From the NCBI GenBank assembly GCA_965644295.1, contig CBFFRP010000041.1:124001-188000 (forward strand): 64,000 nt of DNA. Reading direction: 5' to 3'. This DNA is from Paraphysomonas bandaiensis (Eukaryota; Protista; Chrysophyceae). The position numbers and the translations under genes are program-made. This document shows, piece by piece, positions 25,411 through 36,132 of the stretch; the stretch's first letter is position 1, and each line of letters starts with the position of its first letter. Under the pieces are notes generated by a model, which saw nothing but the letters and a program-made list of their open reading frames with translations, did not search any database and had not been told where the DNA came from.

Positions 25411-27399
25411 CTAGAACTTTTTTGATACCAGTTCCTTCCCGCCATCCGCATGATAATGTTGTAGGCGTTTGCCTTTACTATGTAGATACATAACAACTTT
25501 CTGGATGGATTGGATGACAAAATCTTCATCTCTCGTTGGTCCGTAGGAGTCCCATTGGTGTCTGGAAGCTACATCAGTCATCCCGAGTATGTAACGGTTG
25601 CCAGTAATGATTGCCTCTGGTGCATGAGGTCCAGAAAAATCGGCTACTACTAGCTCCCCCAGCTCATTTGCTCTTCTTACACGCTTGAGCAGCATTTGTC
25701 TGATAGCGTGTCTATGTTTTCGGCGATGAGATTTACCACTAGCACAACCATCACATAGGCCACCCGATAAAGAAGTAGCATTCATCTCCGACTTCGTTAA
25801 CTTAATACCCGTTACTAATTTTGACTGTACAGCTTTCTGTATGAGTCCAATTGAAGAATGTGCCAATCTCTTATGTGCTAGAGTTGCGAGTGGGCCTGAA
25901 GCAGTTGAAGCAAGGTGGGATACGTCAATAGGAGTACCGAGGTCTGTTAACGGAATTTCATATAGGCCTCCAACTCTCTTACCCTTTGATAGCAGTATTT
26001 CATCTTTATATATCTCAACTGATTGGTTTCCGAACAAGATTTTATACCCTAGGTCATCTAATTGGCTGATGGACACGAGTGTCCTTGAAGCATGATCCAC
26101 GTGCTTGCACTTGGGGATAATACCAAGTCTTCCATGTCCTGAAGAGGTCATAGTTGATCCTGACTTAGCTGTTTGAATGTCGGTGAGGCATTCCTCATAA
26201 TTGGTGATGTATCCGGCTTCAGGTGTGATGGAGACTGTGCAGCCAGAATCAAGGGTTCCCATTCCGGCTTCTTGATCAAAAACGAAGTTTGTTTCGTCGT
26301 TTGTTGGATATCCGACTCCTCCGAAGTCTCGTCCTTTCTGTTGTAGTGGACCACTGTCTTCATAATCTGCAAACTGGTCGGATTCGTCGTTTTCAGTGCT
26401 CTGGTGGGTCTGGAATCTAACCTTTTTGAATTTCCTACTGGTTGATTTGTTTCCAGAGGAACTCTTCATTTGTTGGATCCTTTCCCATGAGTGTTTGCAT
26501 TCTGAAGCGATGTGTCCTTTTCCATCGCATCGGAAACACGTAATGTCCTTGTCAGCTCTCTTGTCATGTTTCGGTTTATTGGAACGGTTTCTGAAAGATG
26601 TCCCCTTTTTGCGTTTAGAATTCACTTTATTTCGGGAAAATGGGGGTTTTGAGGCTGCAAGCTGAATACTGTCGGTTTTTGATTCTTCGTTGCTTGACAA
26701 GAGCATTCCGACAGACGAGCTTCCTAATCCGCGTAGTCTGCGTATGAGTGTTTTGTAGTCATCGATAGGGTGCATCTGCAGGTTGATCGCCAGTTCACGA
26801 TACGTCATATTTTCTTTGGATACCAGGCCTTGTCGAATGCGTGATATGAGATCTTGGTCACTTATCCGATGACCATAATTAATCAGCTTGTTTCGGAGCT
26901 TTTCGACAGCGTCAAGAAAGTTGATTATCGACTGACCTTTTTTGATTTTTATGCTCTGAAACTGGCCAATCAGATCAGTGATGACGTCGTTAGTCGTTTT
27001 TTCTTTGAAGTGGTTGAGCAAGTCCGTCCAGGCGGTTTTACCGTCTCCATCGGGGACGTTCTCCAAAATCCCTTCAGCCTCTTCATTCTGACCAATGATA
27101 GAGCTTGCAATGACTGACCATAGGTAGTTATTACCTTCATCATAATATCGTTTCGCATCCTGATACTGTTCGAGTCGATACTGGTAGTCCTCGTCATCTG
27201 AGTTTTCTCCTGCTTCAGGCTCAATTGGGTGATCGTTCTGTAGAGTATAAACGATCTTAGGCTTGCGATAGAACCATGCACGGCACTTCTTCTGCCACCT
27301 GGAGAAGTTCTTCGCATCGAATTTTGGCATTGAGTCCTTTCGCTTGTCGGTTGTCGAATCCGAGTCGGTTGAGTCGTAACTTGTAACTTTAACTGACAT
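25411..27399 (-). CDS. gag: Copia gag-protease-integrase N-half
   Basis: CFRCDGKGHIASEC zinc knuckle, LDSGCT protease, HKRLAH...CDGC, ADFSGP and HADGG (first two IN Asp). Ends at TAG right after TCA AAA AAG TTC. Confidence 0.93.
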   Translation of the reverse strand: MSVKVTSYDSTDSDSTTDKRKDSMPKFDAKNFSRWQKKCRAWFYRKPKIVYTLQNDHPIEPEAGENSDDEDYQYRLEQYQDAKRYYDEGNNYLWSVIASSIIGQNEEAEGILENVPDGDGKTAWTDLLNHFKEKTTNDVITDLIGQFQSIKIKKGQSIINFLDAVEKLRNKLINYGHRISDQDLISRIRQGLVSKENMTYRELAINLQMHPIDDYKTLIRRLRGLGSSSVGMLLSSNEESKTDSIQLAASKPPFSRNKVNSKRKKGTSFRNRSNKPKHDKRADKDITCFRCDGKGHIASECKHSWERIQQMKSSSGNKSTSRKFKKVRFQTHQSTENDESDQFADYEDSGPLQQKGRDFGGVGYPTNDETNFVFDQEAGMGTLDSGCTVSITPEAGYITNYEECLTDIQTAKSGSTMTSSGHGRLGIIPKCKHVDHASRTLVSISQLDDLGYKILFGNQSVEIYKDEILLSKGKRVGGLYEIPLTDLGTPIDVSHLASTASGPLATLAHKRLAHSSIGLIQKAVQSKLVTGIKLTKSEMNATSLSGGLCDGCASGKSHRRKHRHAIRQMLLKRVRRANELGELVVADFSGPHAPEAIITGNRYILGMTDVASRHQWDSYGPTRDEDFVIQSIQKVVMYLHSKGKRLQHYHADGGKELVSKKF

Positions 27400-27409
27400 C
27401 TCGCTACCA
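27400..27409 (-). promoter_or_regulatory. Primer-binding site (initiator tRNA-Met type)
   Basis: TGGTAGCGAG immediately after the 5' LTR; complementary to a tRNA ending ...CUCGCUACCA (A1:U72 initiator signature). Confidence 0.85.
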
Positions 27410-27673
27410 AATAAAGAATTGATCTTTATAATAGTAAAACAATGTTGTGATTATTAGAGTGTAAGTAATGAACACGATAGAGTGAAAATTATGAATAACA
27501 ATATAGAACGTACATCATGCACAACGGAATAGTTAGAAGTGTAACTGATAATGACGACGTTATGATGACGATCACGTATCTTCGACAGATACTCTCTCTA
27601 ATTCAGTTCATGGTATATTTCATTGAACATTATAACTCACAGATGCAATCATGTGTTAAGCTGAATCCTAATA
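27410..27673 (-). repeat. 5' LTR (264 bp)
   Basis: Identical by eye to 21943-22206. Confidence 0.97.
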
Positions 27674-30624
27674 GCTAGTAGTGCCGTTTCCATTTTCCAC
27701 AGCTGTAGAGCTTGACGCTTTTCTGTCGTATAAAATTCCGTCTGATACACATTTAGTGGCGCGCAGCACATAAATCAGAAAAATAAAGCCGGAAAAACCT
27801 AACACAACGTTTGGTCCAGTTATTGCTTTGTTCCCAGAATATTTTACATCCGCCATAGGGATGACAGTGGTCTGCCATGCAAGCAGACAACCAACGGAGA
27901 GAGTAAATATAACAAGCTTCAAGTACTTAAGCTCCTTCATAAATTTAACTTTTGCAGCAATAGTTCCAAGTTCACCCAAACAAAGGATTGCAACAGTGGA
28001 GAGAATAACTGCAGACACTCCCAATGCAAATGTCAGAGTCATCATCAAAAAATAAAATTTATTAGAGAGGTCATAATCTGACGACGCGTCAGAGAATAGA
28101 ATCTCGTAACAGACATTACCGGCAATATAACCAGCCGTGGTATTCCCGGATAATATCTGGCTCTTCCACCGTTCTATCATTAACACATTCTCGTCCTTTT
28201 CCACACTACTGGATGTGGCATCATTTACGGGCTTTGCGGTGTTCTTGTCATACTTAATCTTCCAAAACGTTTGAATAACCCATGCGATAAAGGGAAGTAT
28301 AATTACCATGATACCAATCACTGAAAAAAATATAACTCCATCTACATCACGGTAATTAGAAATAGACTTCACATTCCCCAGCACGCTAAATCCGATGAGC
28401 AATGATACCACCACACCATACGCTGACAAGACCGTAAATATATAAAAGTAATAAGTGTGTTTCGTAAATGCCAATTTCGCAGCTTTAGTGCTGATTTTCG
28501 TCATTTGATAGTTATATCGATCAGCAAATACCATAACCCACATACTTATCATAAACGATATCGACATGGCGTGAAGGTATAGTACCTCGTACTTTCTGTC
28601 ATTGAAGTTAAAGAAATTCACAGCAAAATAAGCAAATCCGCCCAAAAATATTACTGCAAACGCAATCGAACTCAGCAACGCTGGGCGAGATATGCTAACT
28701 GATTCGTCGTCAACAGCAAAAGAGTTTCTACTGTTATGACTGGTCAAACCTCCAGAAACAATGCGTTTACGAATCCAGGATAAATACATGGTGCCTGAAA
28801 ATACAACAAACACTCCGCATGATGCATATATAAGTGGAACATAGCTTCTTCTAGAGTACTTTATGATCCCGAATAATGCAAATACAACGAACCAACCCAG
28901 TAGAGAAATATGGTAGTACCATACACAAGAGTGACACAGAAACCACTGCGACCTGATAAATCTCAGTCGTGCCCCAACACAAGTCATATAGTTGACCACT
29001 AATGTGAGTAGTGTATCTTGCACAGCCGATAAAAGTGCAAATGTGATAGTAAACATATTCGCAAATAGAAAAAGCCGCACAAGTTTATCGTCTTCATCGT
29101 TACCATCCAGTCGCAGGACATCTGTTTCGAGGGTGACTATGTTATAAAATAAATATCCTGCAGCGAAGGTAGACATTGAACCAGCAGTATTTATAGCTGA
29201 CATTTCCCTCTGGAGTTCCGTCTGGAGCTGCTGTTCTTTTACTTGTAAATCCCATGTATTTTTCTTTATATCCTCACCATCACTTTTTTTGTCCCGCATT
29301 GAAGCAGCCATGGCATCGAATTCCAGCAGCTGATTCCTCAAACGGTAACAACCTAAAACAAGCAGTAGAATAGCAACGCCTCCAACGATATAAGTAGTGC
29401 TGTGCATATCTTTGTAGTTGCACCCAAATGACACGAACGTATTGGCCACAAACATTGAAAAAAACGAGAATATGTAGCCTTGCATACAAAGTTGGATGAG
29501 TGGCATGAGCGTCACAGTGTAGGCCGTTTGTTTGGCTCGGTGCGTGTCTGGAATAAATACTTGGACAACACTTAATACTGACCCGGTAGTAAATGAAAGT
29601 GCACTAGCTAGAGATATGAACACCAGAAAAGTATCAGCACCTGAGTTTGACAGCGAGAACTCAACAGGATCCGGCATAAATCGCATGATACCTGTTGATC
29701 AATTATTACAAGCTAAAAGCACAACTGGGCACCCACCGTTTTGAGCCAACCCAGCAATAAAAATAGCTCGACCAGATACAACCGAGGCTTGTTTCATGAC
29801 GAAATCCTCCAGTAGTTCACCAGTTCGATTATTGTATGGACTTTCTTCAACTATCTTTTTTTCATCGACTAGCCACTCTTTGTCCCCACTACCGAAATTT
29901 GTTTGGAACCGGAACTGCTTCTTGATGATATCTACAACTCCCGACCAATACGCACCACAAGCAAAAACCATTGCCACAAAAGGAAACCACTTAAGGTCGT
30001 TACTAGGGTAATAACTGAAGCCTAGCAGCCCAATTCCAATGAAATATGTTGTCACAGTCCACACGTAAAATTGACTTGTCAGACGCTCGAATTGAATAGC
30101 TGCGTACGAACTAACAATGAGATACGAAATGCAATTACAGCTATATGCACAAAAAATAGCCCACAAACACCATTACTTCACTATATATGCGACGATCTTA
30201 CGCACCATCCATACAGAACTTATACTTCTCTTCTGGGGTTTTATGTCTCTGCAGGTAATACGAAAAGATACCAGCCGTACCTGTTACACAAATTACAACA
30301 AACTCTTCACACAATGTACATACCTGCACACATTAGAGAGAAAACAAACGCAATGGTATTGAACACAATGTAGGGTTTGCTTGCACAGCAGGAGTACTGA
30401 TAGCGTCCAATCTGCAGCACAGATACATTACAGTCCGCCTCTCAACATAGAAACAGATCACAACTCACTGAATAATATGAAAAACCACCAATAAAAGTGG
30501 CTCTACTTCCCAGTAACTGCACTGTGTTGAGCATGACTCCTGGCAGCCTCTCCTTTTCTTCAGCCGGTATATCGTCATGACTGTTAGAGGCACTCGTCTT
30601 CTTGTCCTCAATATCCTCTGACAT
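27668..30624 (-). CDS. Polytopic membrane protein with five tandem 4-TM repeats, C-terminally truncated by the Copia insertion
   Basis: Exons joined by GT-AG introns (30412-30468, 30281-30323, ~30111-30201, ~29692-29734). The current stop (Y*) is supplied by the LTR. Confidence 0.8.
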
Positions 30625-31153
30625 AACTCGATACACTATACTGGTGATTCAGATATGGGATTGTATTTATTTATGAGTATGTTATGTATGTGTATGTGTG
30701 TGTATGTGTGTGTTGTATGTGTATGTGTGTGTGGGGGTGGATCTTAAAGTACGACCAGACGAAGTCAAACACGATCCACATCACGTACATATATCAGAGT
30801 GAGCGATATACTACTTCGTATACAAGAGTATATGTATGGGTTGCTGTACATACATATACATATACTGTATACTGCTGTACACTGTAACTGCAGATTTCTT
30901 GGGTTTTTGTATAAAAACTGGATTTTCCAATTTTCCGTAATACTCAACGGAATCTCTTGAAATTTGAATAGAATATTATCCAATAGAAAGCGAGAAACTC
31001 ATTAAGCGTCGATATAATTTGACAATGGCTGAGAGTTGTAGTGTGCAATGTATAGCACGTATGTATGTGCTGTTGGAGTCACTGTCAGTTAGCAGCAGTG
31101 CCTTAAGCAATACATACTTTACTATAGAGTTATATAGTAGAAGATCGTAAATC

Positions 31154-32779
31154 ATGATTGCCCTGTTGCTTGAAATTGAAGGAAATATTATTTCATCACT
31201 GGGATGGCCGGCATGGGCGCTAAGGACTGTAGAAGCTCTATGTGCAGTGATAGTACTGCTGACTGCAGTGCAATACACGATCAACTCCTTCATCTCGACA
31301 CAGTCTAAATCTATTGCTGACTTCAAGAAAACATCATCTGCTTTTCGCACATTTCAACTGCAATACCTGTCTGTATATTTCACTGTGATGCTTGCGGACT
31401 GGCTGCAAGGCACTAATATGTACACACTCTATGCCTCTTATGGAGTCAATATTGGGGCTCTCTTCTTAACAGGGTTTCTTTCTTCCGCTGTATTTGGTAC
31501 ATTTCTAGGAGTATATGTGGACACTTGGGGAAGAAGATTCGGATGTCTGATATTTTGTGTTTTGGAGGTATTCAGACCGGGCAGAAGCATGTGAACCGTA
31601 ATTACTGTTTTCAGATCATTATTAACCTCGTTGAACATATTCCATCCATGCCTTTACTGCTTATTGGAAGAATATTAGGAGGATTGTCGACCTCGCTATT
31701 GTTTTCTGCATTTGAGTCTTGGATGGTGTCTGAACATAGGTTTGTAGTATCTCACCTCAGTAATATCTGTCACATTTTCTCTCCTGAAAATCTAGAAAAC
31801 GAAAATTTCCTGAAGAGTGGCTGAGTGGAACGTTTGCAGTAGCATCTTGGGGAAATGGAATATCAGCAATTGTTGCTGGTTTTTTGGCACAATTGGCGGC
31901 AGGTATTTTACTTTCGCTAATACCAATTGGCATCATATCTAATATACTGCTGGTCTTATGTAGATGTTGGTGGGGACATTGGCCCCTTTCAGCTGGCTAT
32001 AGTGCTCACTGTTTTAGCCCTCTTTTTGATTCTTCTCTGGCCTGAGAACTACGGGGAGGGAGGTGACAACCGAGAGGATGCTGGTTTCAGTTCATTGGAA
32101 TCCATTGCTAGCTCCATGCAATCGGCGGGAAAAGTAATATACAAGAATCCTGCTATCTTTCTTCTTGGAACCAGTCAAGCATTTTTTGAGGGGGCAGTGT
32201 ATACCTTTGGTATGAATGAACTCGTTTTGTCTCTGATATATAATTATTTATGCAGTTTTCATGTGGGTACCGTCCATGCTGGAACTCACCAAAGGGGAGT
32301 CTCTTCCAACTGGTCTCGTTTTTTCAACTTTCATGCTAGCGATGACAGCAGGAGGAATGCTGTTCGGAATTTTATTACCTATTTTTCCTGGTGGGGCAGT
32401 GACTTTCTGTGCCACTGTCTTTGCCGCCTCGGCATGTAGTATGATGATTCCCATCTGTTGCTTTGAATTTTGGTACGTTTTTATTGCCTTTCTTGTCTTG
32501 GAAGCTATGCTAGGAATGTTTAACTCCTGCGGCGCCACTCTCCGAAGCATCTACTATCCAGAAGCACTTCAATCTTCGATTATGAGTATATTTCGTTTTC
32601 CGTTAAACTTACTTGTTGTCATTGGAACATTATTGACGAACAGAGCAGATAGTGTGGAGTCGTTGCAAATGGTATATTACGTTGTTGTTGGCATGCACTT
32701 TGTTGCATTTTGTTTGCAAATAGCCATTCCTTTTTTCCCTATACCACATACATCTGGCAACGCCAAGAAAACAGATTAG
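31154..32779 (+). CDS. MFSD5: MFS molybdate-anion transporter (MFSD5/MOT2, DUF791), multi-exon
   Basis: FQLQYLSVY...ADWLQGTNMYTLY, GRILGGLSTSLLFSAFESWMVSEH, FEGAVYTF, MWVP, IMSIFRFPLN. Confidence 0.9.
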
Positions 32780-32821
32780 AGTTAGAAGTAGTAGTGGTAT
32801 AAGTAATAACATAGTACTGAA

Positions 32822-33165
32822 TGTTTTATTATTAGCAATAGACGTTTTAGAGTCAGAACTAATATAGCATCTCAATTTAACTACTTAGTGATTAACTCTG
32901 ATATCCTATTACTCTTTATCGCCACGAAAGCTGCTTGTGCGTCACCGCAAGCACCAAGGTGCTACCACTTGAGTATGCGTGGGAGCTCTCCACGGACGTA
33001 TAGTCCTTTGGTGTCAAGGGGCGGTTAATTAGGGGGGCGCCTTCGGTAGAGGTCCGCGAAGCTTAAGGGAGGTCTGATCGGAGGATAGTGTTCCGAGGGT
33101 GAGTTAGATGGTGTGATGTAGAGGCGTAGAATCTGTAGAGTTTCGGGGTGTGACTGACTTCAGTG
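32822..33165 (-). repeat. Interspersed repeat, 3' end of a LINE-like family (copy 1)
   Basis: Inverted homologue of 38116-38605. Its minus-strand end has AATAAA followed by a TAC-rich tail. Confidence 0.7.
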
Positions 33166-33169
33166 TGTA

Positions 33170-33468
33170 AGTTGGACGTATATATTTCTGTCAATGGCGG
33201 GATAAAGAACTACGAGTCATTTATTACGGGTTCATATCGCAGCGATAACCCCGAAATAGCGGAAGACATTGATGGGTGCGCCCAGAAGCATGGAATTGTC
33301 CAACTTTTGAAAGACACTCTACGGGATCAACTTACAATCCTTGATCGTGGGATACAGTTGCATCGCAAGAAGTGTTTGGAATCCATGCAGCCACTACATG
33401 TTCACATCGAAAACCTCTTTGTGAAAATGCGAGCTGAGCTGGAGGTCCTTCTCAGTGATAACATTTAA
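33170..33468 (+). pseudogene. Isolated 3' fragment of a DOCK-family GEF (end of the DHR-2 domain)
   Basis: SVNGGIKNY..F...L...L...I.LH.......MQPLH resembles the DHR-2 C-terminus. No upstream exons; the fragment abuts a repeat. Confidence 0.65.
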
Positions 33469-33705
33469 CGTACAGAACAGTGATTGATGCTGAATATGTT
33501 GTAGTACAGTGCACATACACGGGCGACATCTCCTTCCAAAAATGAATTACTGTCAGTGATGTCGAGTGAACATTTATCTACTATCAGCAGTATCATTTTG
33601 TGGATGTAGCGTATCTTGATTTTGTAGTCGTTTTAATATCTAAAAAGAACGCAGTTGTGAGCAACCTTCTTTGTGAATCATAGGCAATAGGCACTATATA
33701 ACAGT

Positions 33706-33806
33706 AGCTACATCATTCTCACACGGTATTCAGCGCTGAATATGCAGTGAGAACCCGGGTGGGGAACTGCTGAACTAAGCAATGTGTACATAGGTAGAAG
33801 TGCGCG
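33706..33806 (-). repeat. Inverted copy of 37164-37263
   Basis: AGCTACATCATT...GAGAACCCGGGTGGGGAA...GTACATAGGTAGA matches the reverse complement of 37164-37263. Confidence 0.9.
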
Positions 33807-34122
33807 GTCGCCTGGAGTTGACTCCAGTAACATTGAAGTTGGTGATCGGGTTATTTGTCTTGGAGCTGGGGGGTTTGCTAAAGAGGCTATAGTACCTGTA
33901 CAAGGAGCATTTCGTATTCCAAGGCTTCCTGAGAGCATATGTGACGGAAGCCGCTGGTCTTTTAGTCAGTTATGGCACTACCCATCTAGCTTTGACGTCG
34001 AGGGGAAATATTCAGAACGGCAAAACCGTGCTAGTCACTGCTGCCGCAGGCGGTGTTGGACTCGCCAGTGTGGAACTTGCACAAGCCATGGGGGCGAGAG
34101 TTATCGCAGCTGCTGGTTCGGA
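33807..34122 (+). pseudogene. Internal fragment of an NADPH:quinone oxidoreductase (MDR/zeta-crystallin family)
   Basis: VGDRVI...GGFA.E, frameshift near 33940, then EAAGLLVSYGT.HLAL..RG.IQ.GKTVLVTAAAGGVGLA.VELA...GARVIAAAGS. No start or end. Confidence 0.85.
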
Positions 34123-34302
34123 AATCAGAGTCTTCGCGCGCTGGTACCACGTACAGGAAAAGAACGTTCCTCCTCCAGCGTGGGTGAGAATATCGACGAG
34201 CTGTATGGCATGCAATAAATGTTGGTGACCACGTTCAGAATAATGAAAAATCCTAATGCCTACAGACGCCCTGGCCTCACTCTCTAAACACGCCTCATTG
34301 TC
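34123..34302 (-). pseudogene. Duplicated internal fragment of the neighbouring HPD-motif gene (source 35086-35281)
   Basis: Near-identical direct copy with a few substitutions and a ~15-nt deletion. Confidence 0.95.
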
Positions 34303-34656
34303 TGATGTGATACATATTGTGCAATTGAAGTGAGTTAATAGTATGTACTAGAGGTGTTATCAACCCATAGTTGTAACGGGTGAATATAGTTACAAAGGGA
34401 GTAAATTCAGTTACTGATGTTGTGTGACTATATACGATATAGATTATTGACTGGTGAATATTGGATAAATAGATGTTAGTGAGAACAGATGTTTTCCAGA
34501 TGTTACATGAATATGCTATAAAGTGTTCATATAAATAATACAATTCTATCTTGAAAGTATGTTGTGTGCAACAAAGCAAGATTAAGGTTTACGTGTAAAT
34601 AAAAAGTCAACTTCAGTACGATGACAGTTACTAACATGAAATGCACAAGCAATATC

Positions 34657-36132
34657 CTACATGTTCTTAAAATATTCGTAGAATGCGTTAAACTCTTTCA
34701 AGATTTCCTCACACAAAATATACCACTCCATTCCCTTATCCTTGTTATGATTCTTGTCAGGATGATAGTCTGCAATAGCTTTCAGGCAGACTTTCTTCAA
34801 GGAAGAGTCGTCATTCTTGTCTACTGTTGACGACAAGCAATTGCCATTGGCAGGAGGATGGTTCTCGTAAACATACTTTACAAGATCAAAAAATCTAAAA
34901 GAGATGTGTGAGAAAGAATGTTAATTGATAAATATGCAGAAAACATACTTGTACGACTTTCCAGTGGATTTATCCATGCTCGCTCTCATTGCATCCAACT
35001 TTGGCTTCAGCTTGAGAAGTACCGGTTCTCTCTGTGCTGCAATTTCCGCCTGATCAAAGGCCAGTCGCTTCTCGCGGTATTCTTCAATCAAAGTCTTAGC
35101 GCGCTGGTACCACGTACAGGAAAAGAACATTCCTCCTCCAGCGTGGGTGAGAATATCGACGAGCTGTATGGCATGCAATAAATGTTGGTGACCACGTTCT
35201 TCATTCTTCAGAACAGAATAATGAAAAATCCCAATGCCTACAGACGCCCTGGCCTCACTCTCTAAACACGCCTCATTGTCTATTGCAGATTTCGATGCAA
35301 GTTTGGCGGCGACATAGCGATCCAAAACAGTCATAGCAAGATCCATATTCAGCTCATCGTCGCCCAACATTAATTCCACCTGCAGTTCTTCCGCTAGAAT
35401 TCGTTCTTTCGCGGATGTAACCCGGCACAAATAGCGGCGCTGACTGTGTTCAATGTCTTCAAGCTGTTCGACAAGCTCACTTGGCCGAGAGGATTTTATA
35501 ATCCGTTCCAAGTATTGTTTCGAGAAATTGATAGGTTGATACATTTCATGTAGCACAGAAAACGCATCATTCATCAGGTCCAAATCAGTGCAAAATATGA
35601 CGTGTTTGAGCATTTCTCGAGCCATCTTAATGTGAATATAAGCAGTGGTGATACAAGACGGTTCTGTTAGAGGAAGAAACATTGAGATTTTGCTGCATCG
35701 ATATCTCCAGTCGCTGCTCTGATCGATGAGATATTCGACCACGCTATCGACAACACGTAGCAAATAAGTTTCTAAATGAATGTACCATTCGTTGGGTAAG
35801 CTGATCTGTTTTCCATTCAATAATGCTTCGATCATAAACAAAAATGCTTCTTTATAGTAAAAATATACGGCATTTTCTTCTAATCTCACTGAAAGTTGTT
35901 TTGTTGATGCAAGTTTCCATGATGCCATTCCATAATTCTTTGTAGCATACACCCAGTCTTGGCCACTTCCTTCTGTAGAAGCAGCTTTTCTTGCATCCAT
36001 AAAGAGAGAAATTGCTTTTTTAGCACGTTCCAGACGTAACGCAGGGGCGAAATCTTCATTCAGAAATGCATCTGCATAATATTTTGCACCCTCTTTACGT
36101 ATAGATGCTGAAGTCTTATTGGAAGATGCCAT
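34657..36132 (-). CDS. Helical-repeat protein with a C-terminal J-domain-like HPD motif (2 exons)
   Basis: 421-aa ORF, an intron at ~34895-34947, and a last exon ...LKKVCLKAIADYHPDKN...LCEEILKEFNAFYEYFKNM*. Confidence 0.75.

Larger units (their letters stand above)
21943..27673 (-). mobile_element. Full-length Ty1/Copia LTR retrotransposon
   Basis: Two 264-bp LTRs; 5-bp TSD GCTAG at 21938-21942 and 27674-27678; PBS TGGTAGCGAG; PPT TTGAGGGGGCG; domain order Gag-PR-IN-RT-RH. Confidence 0.97.
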
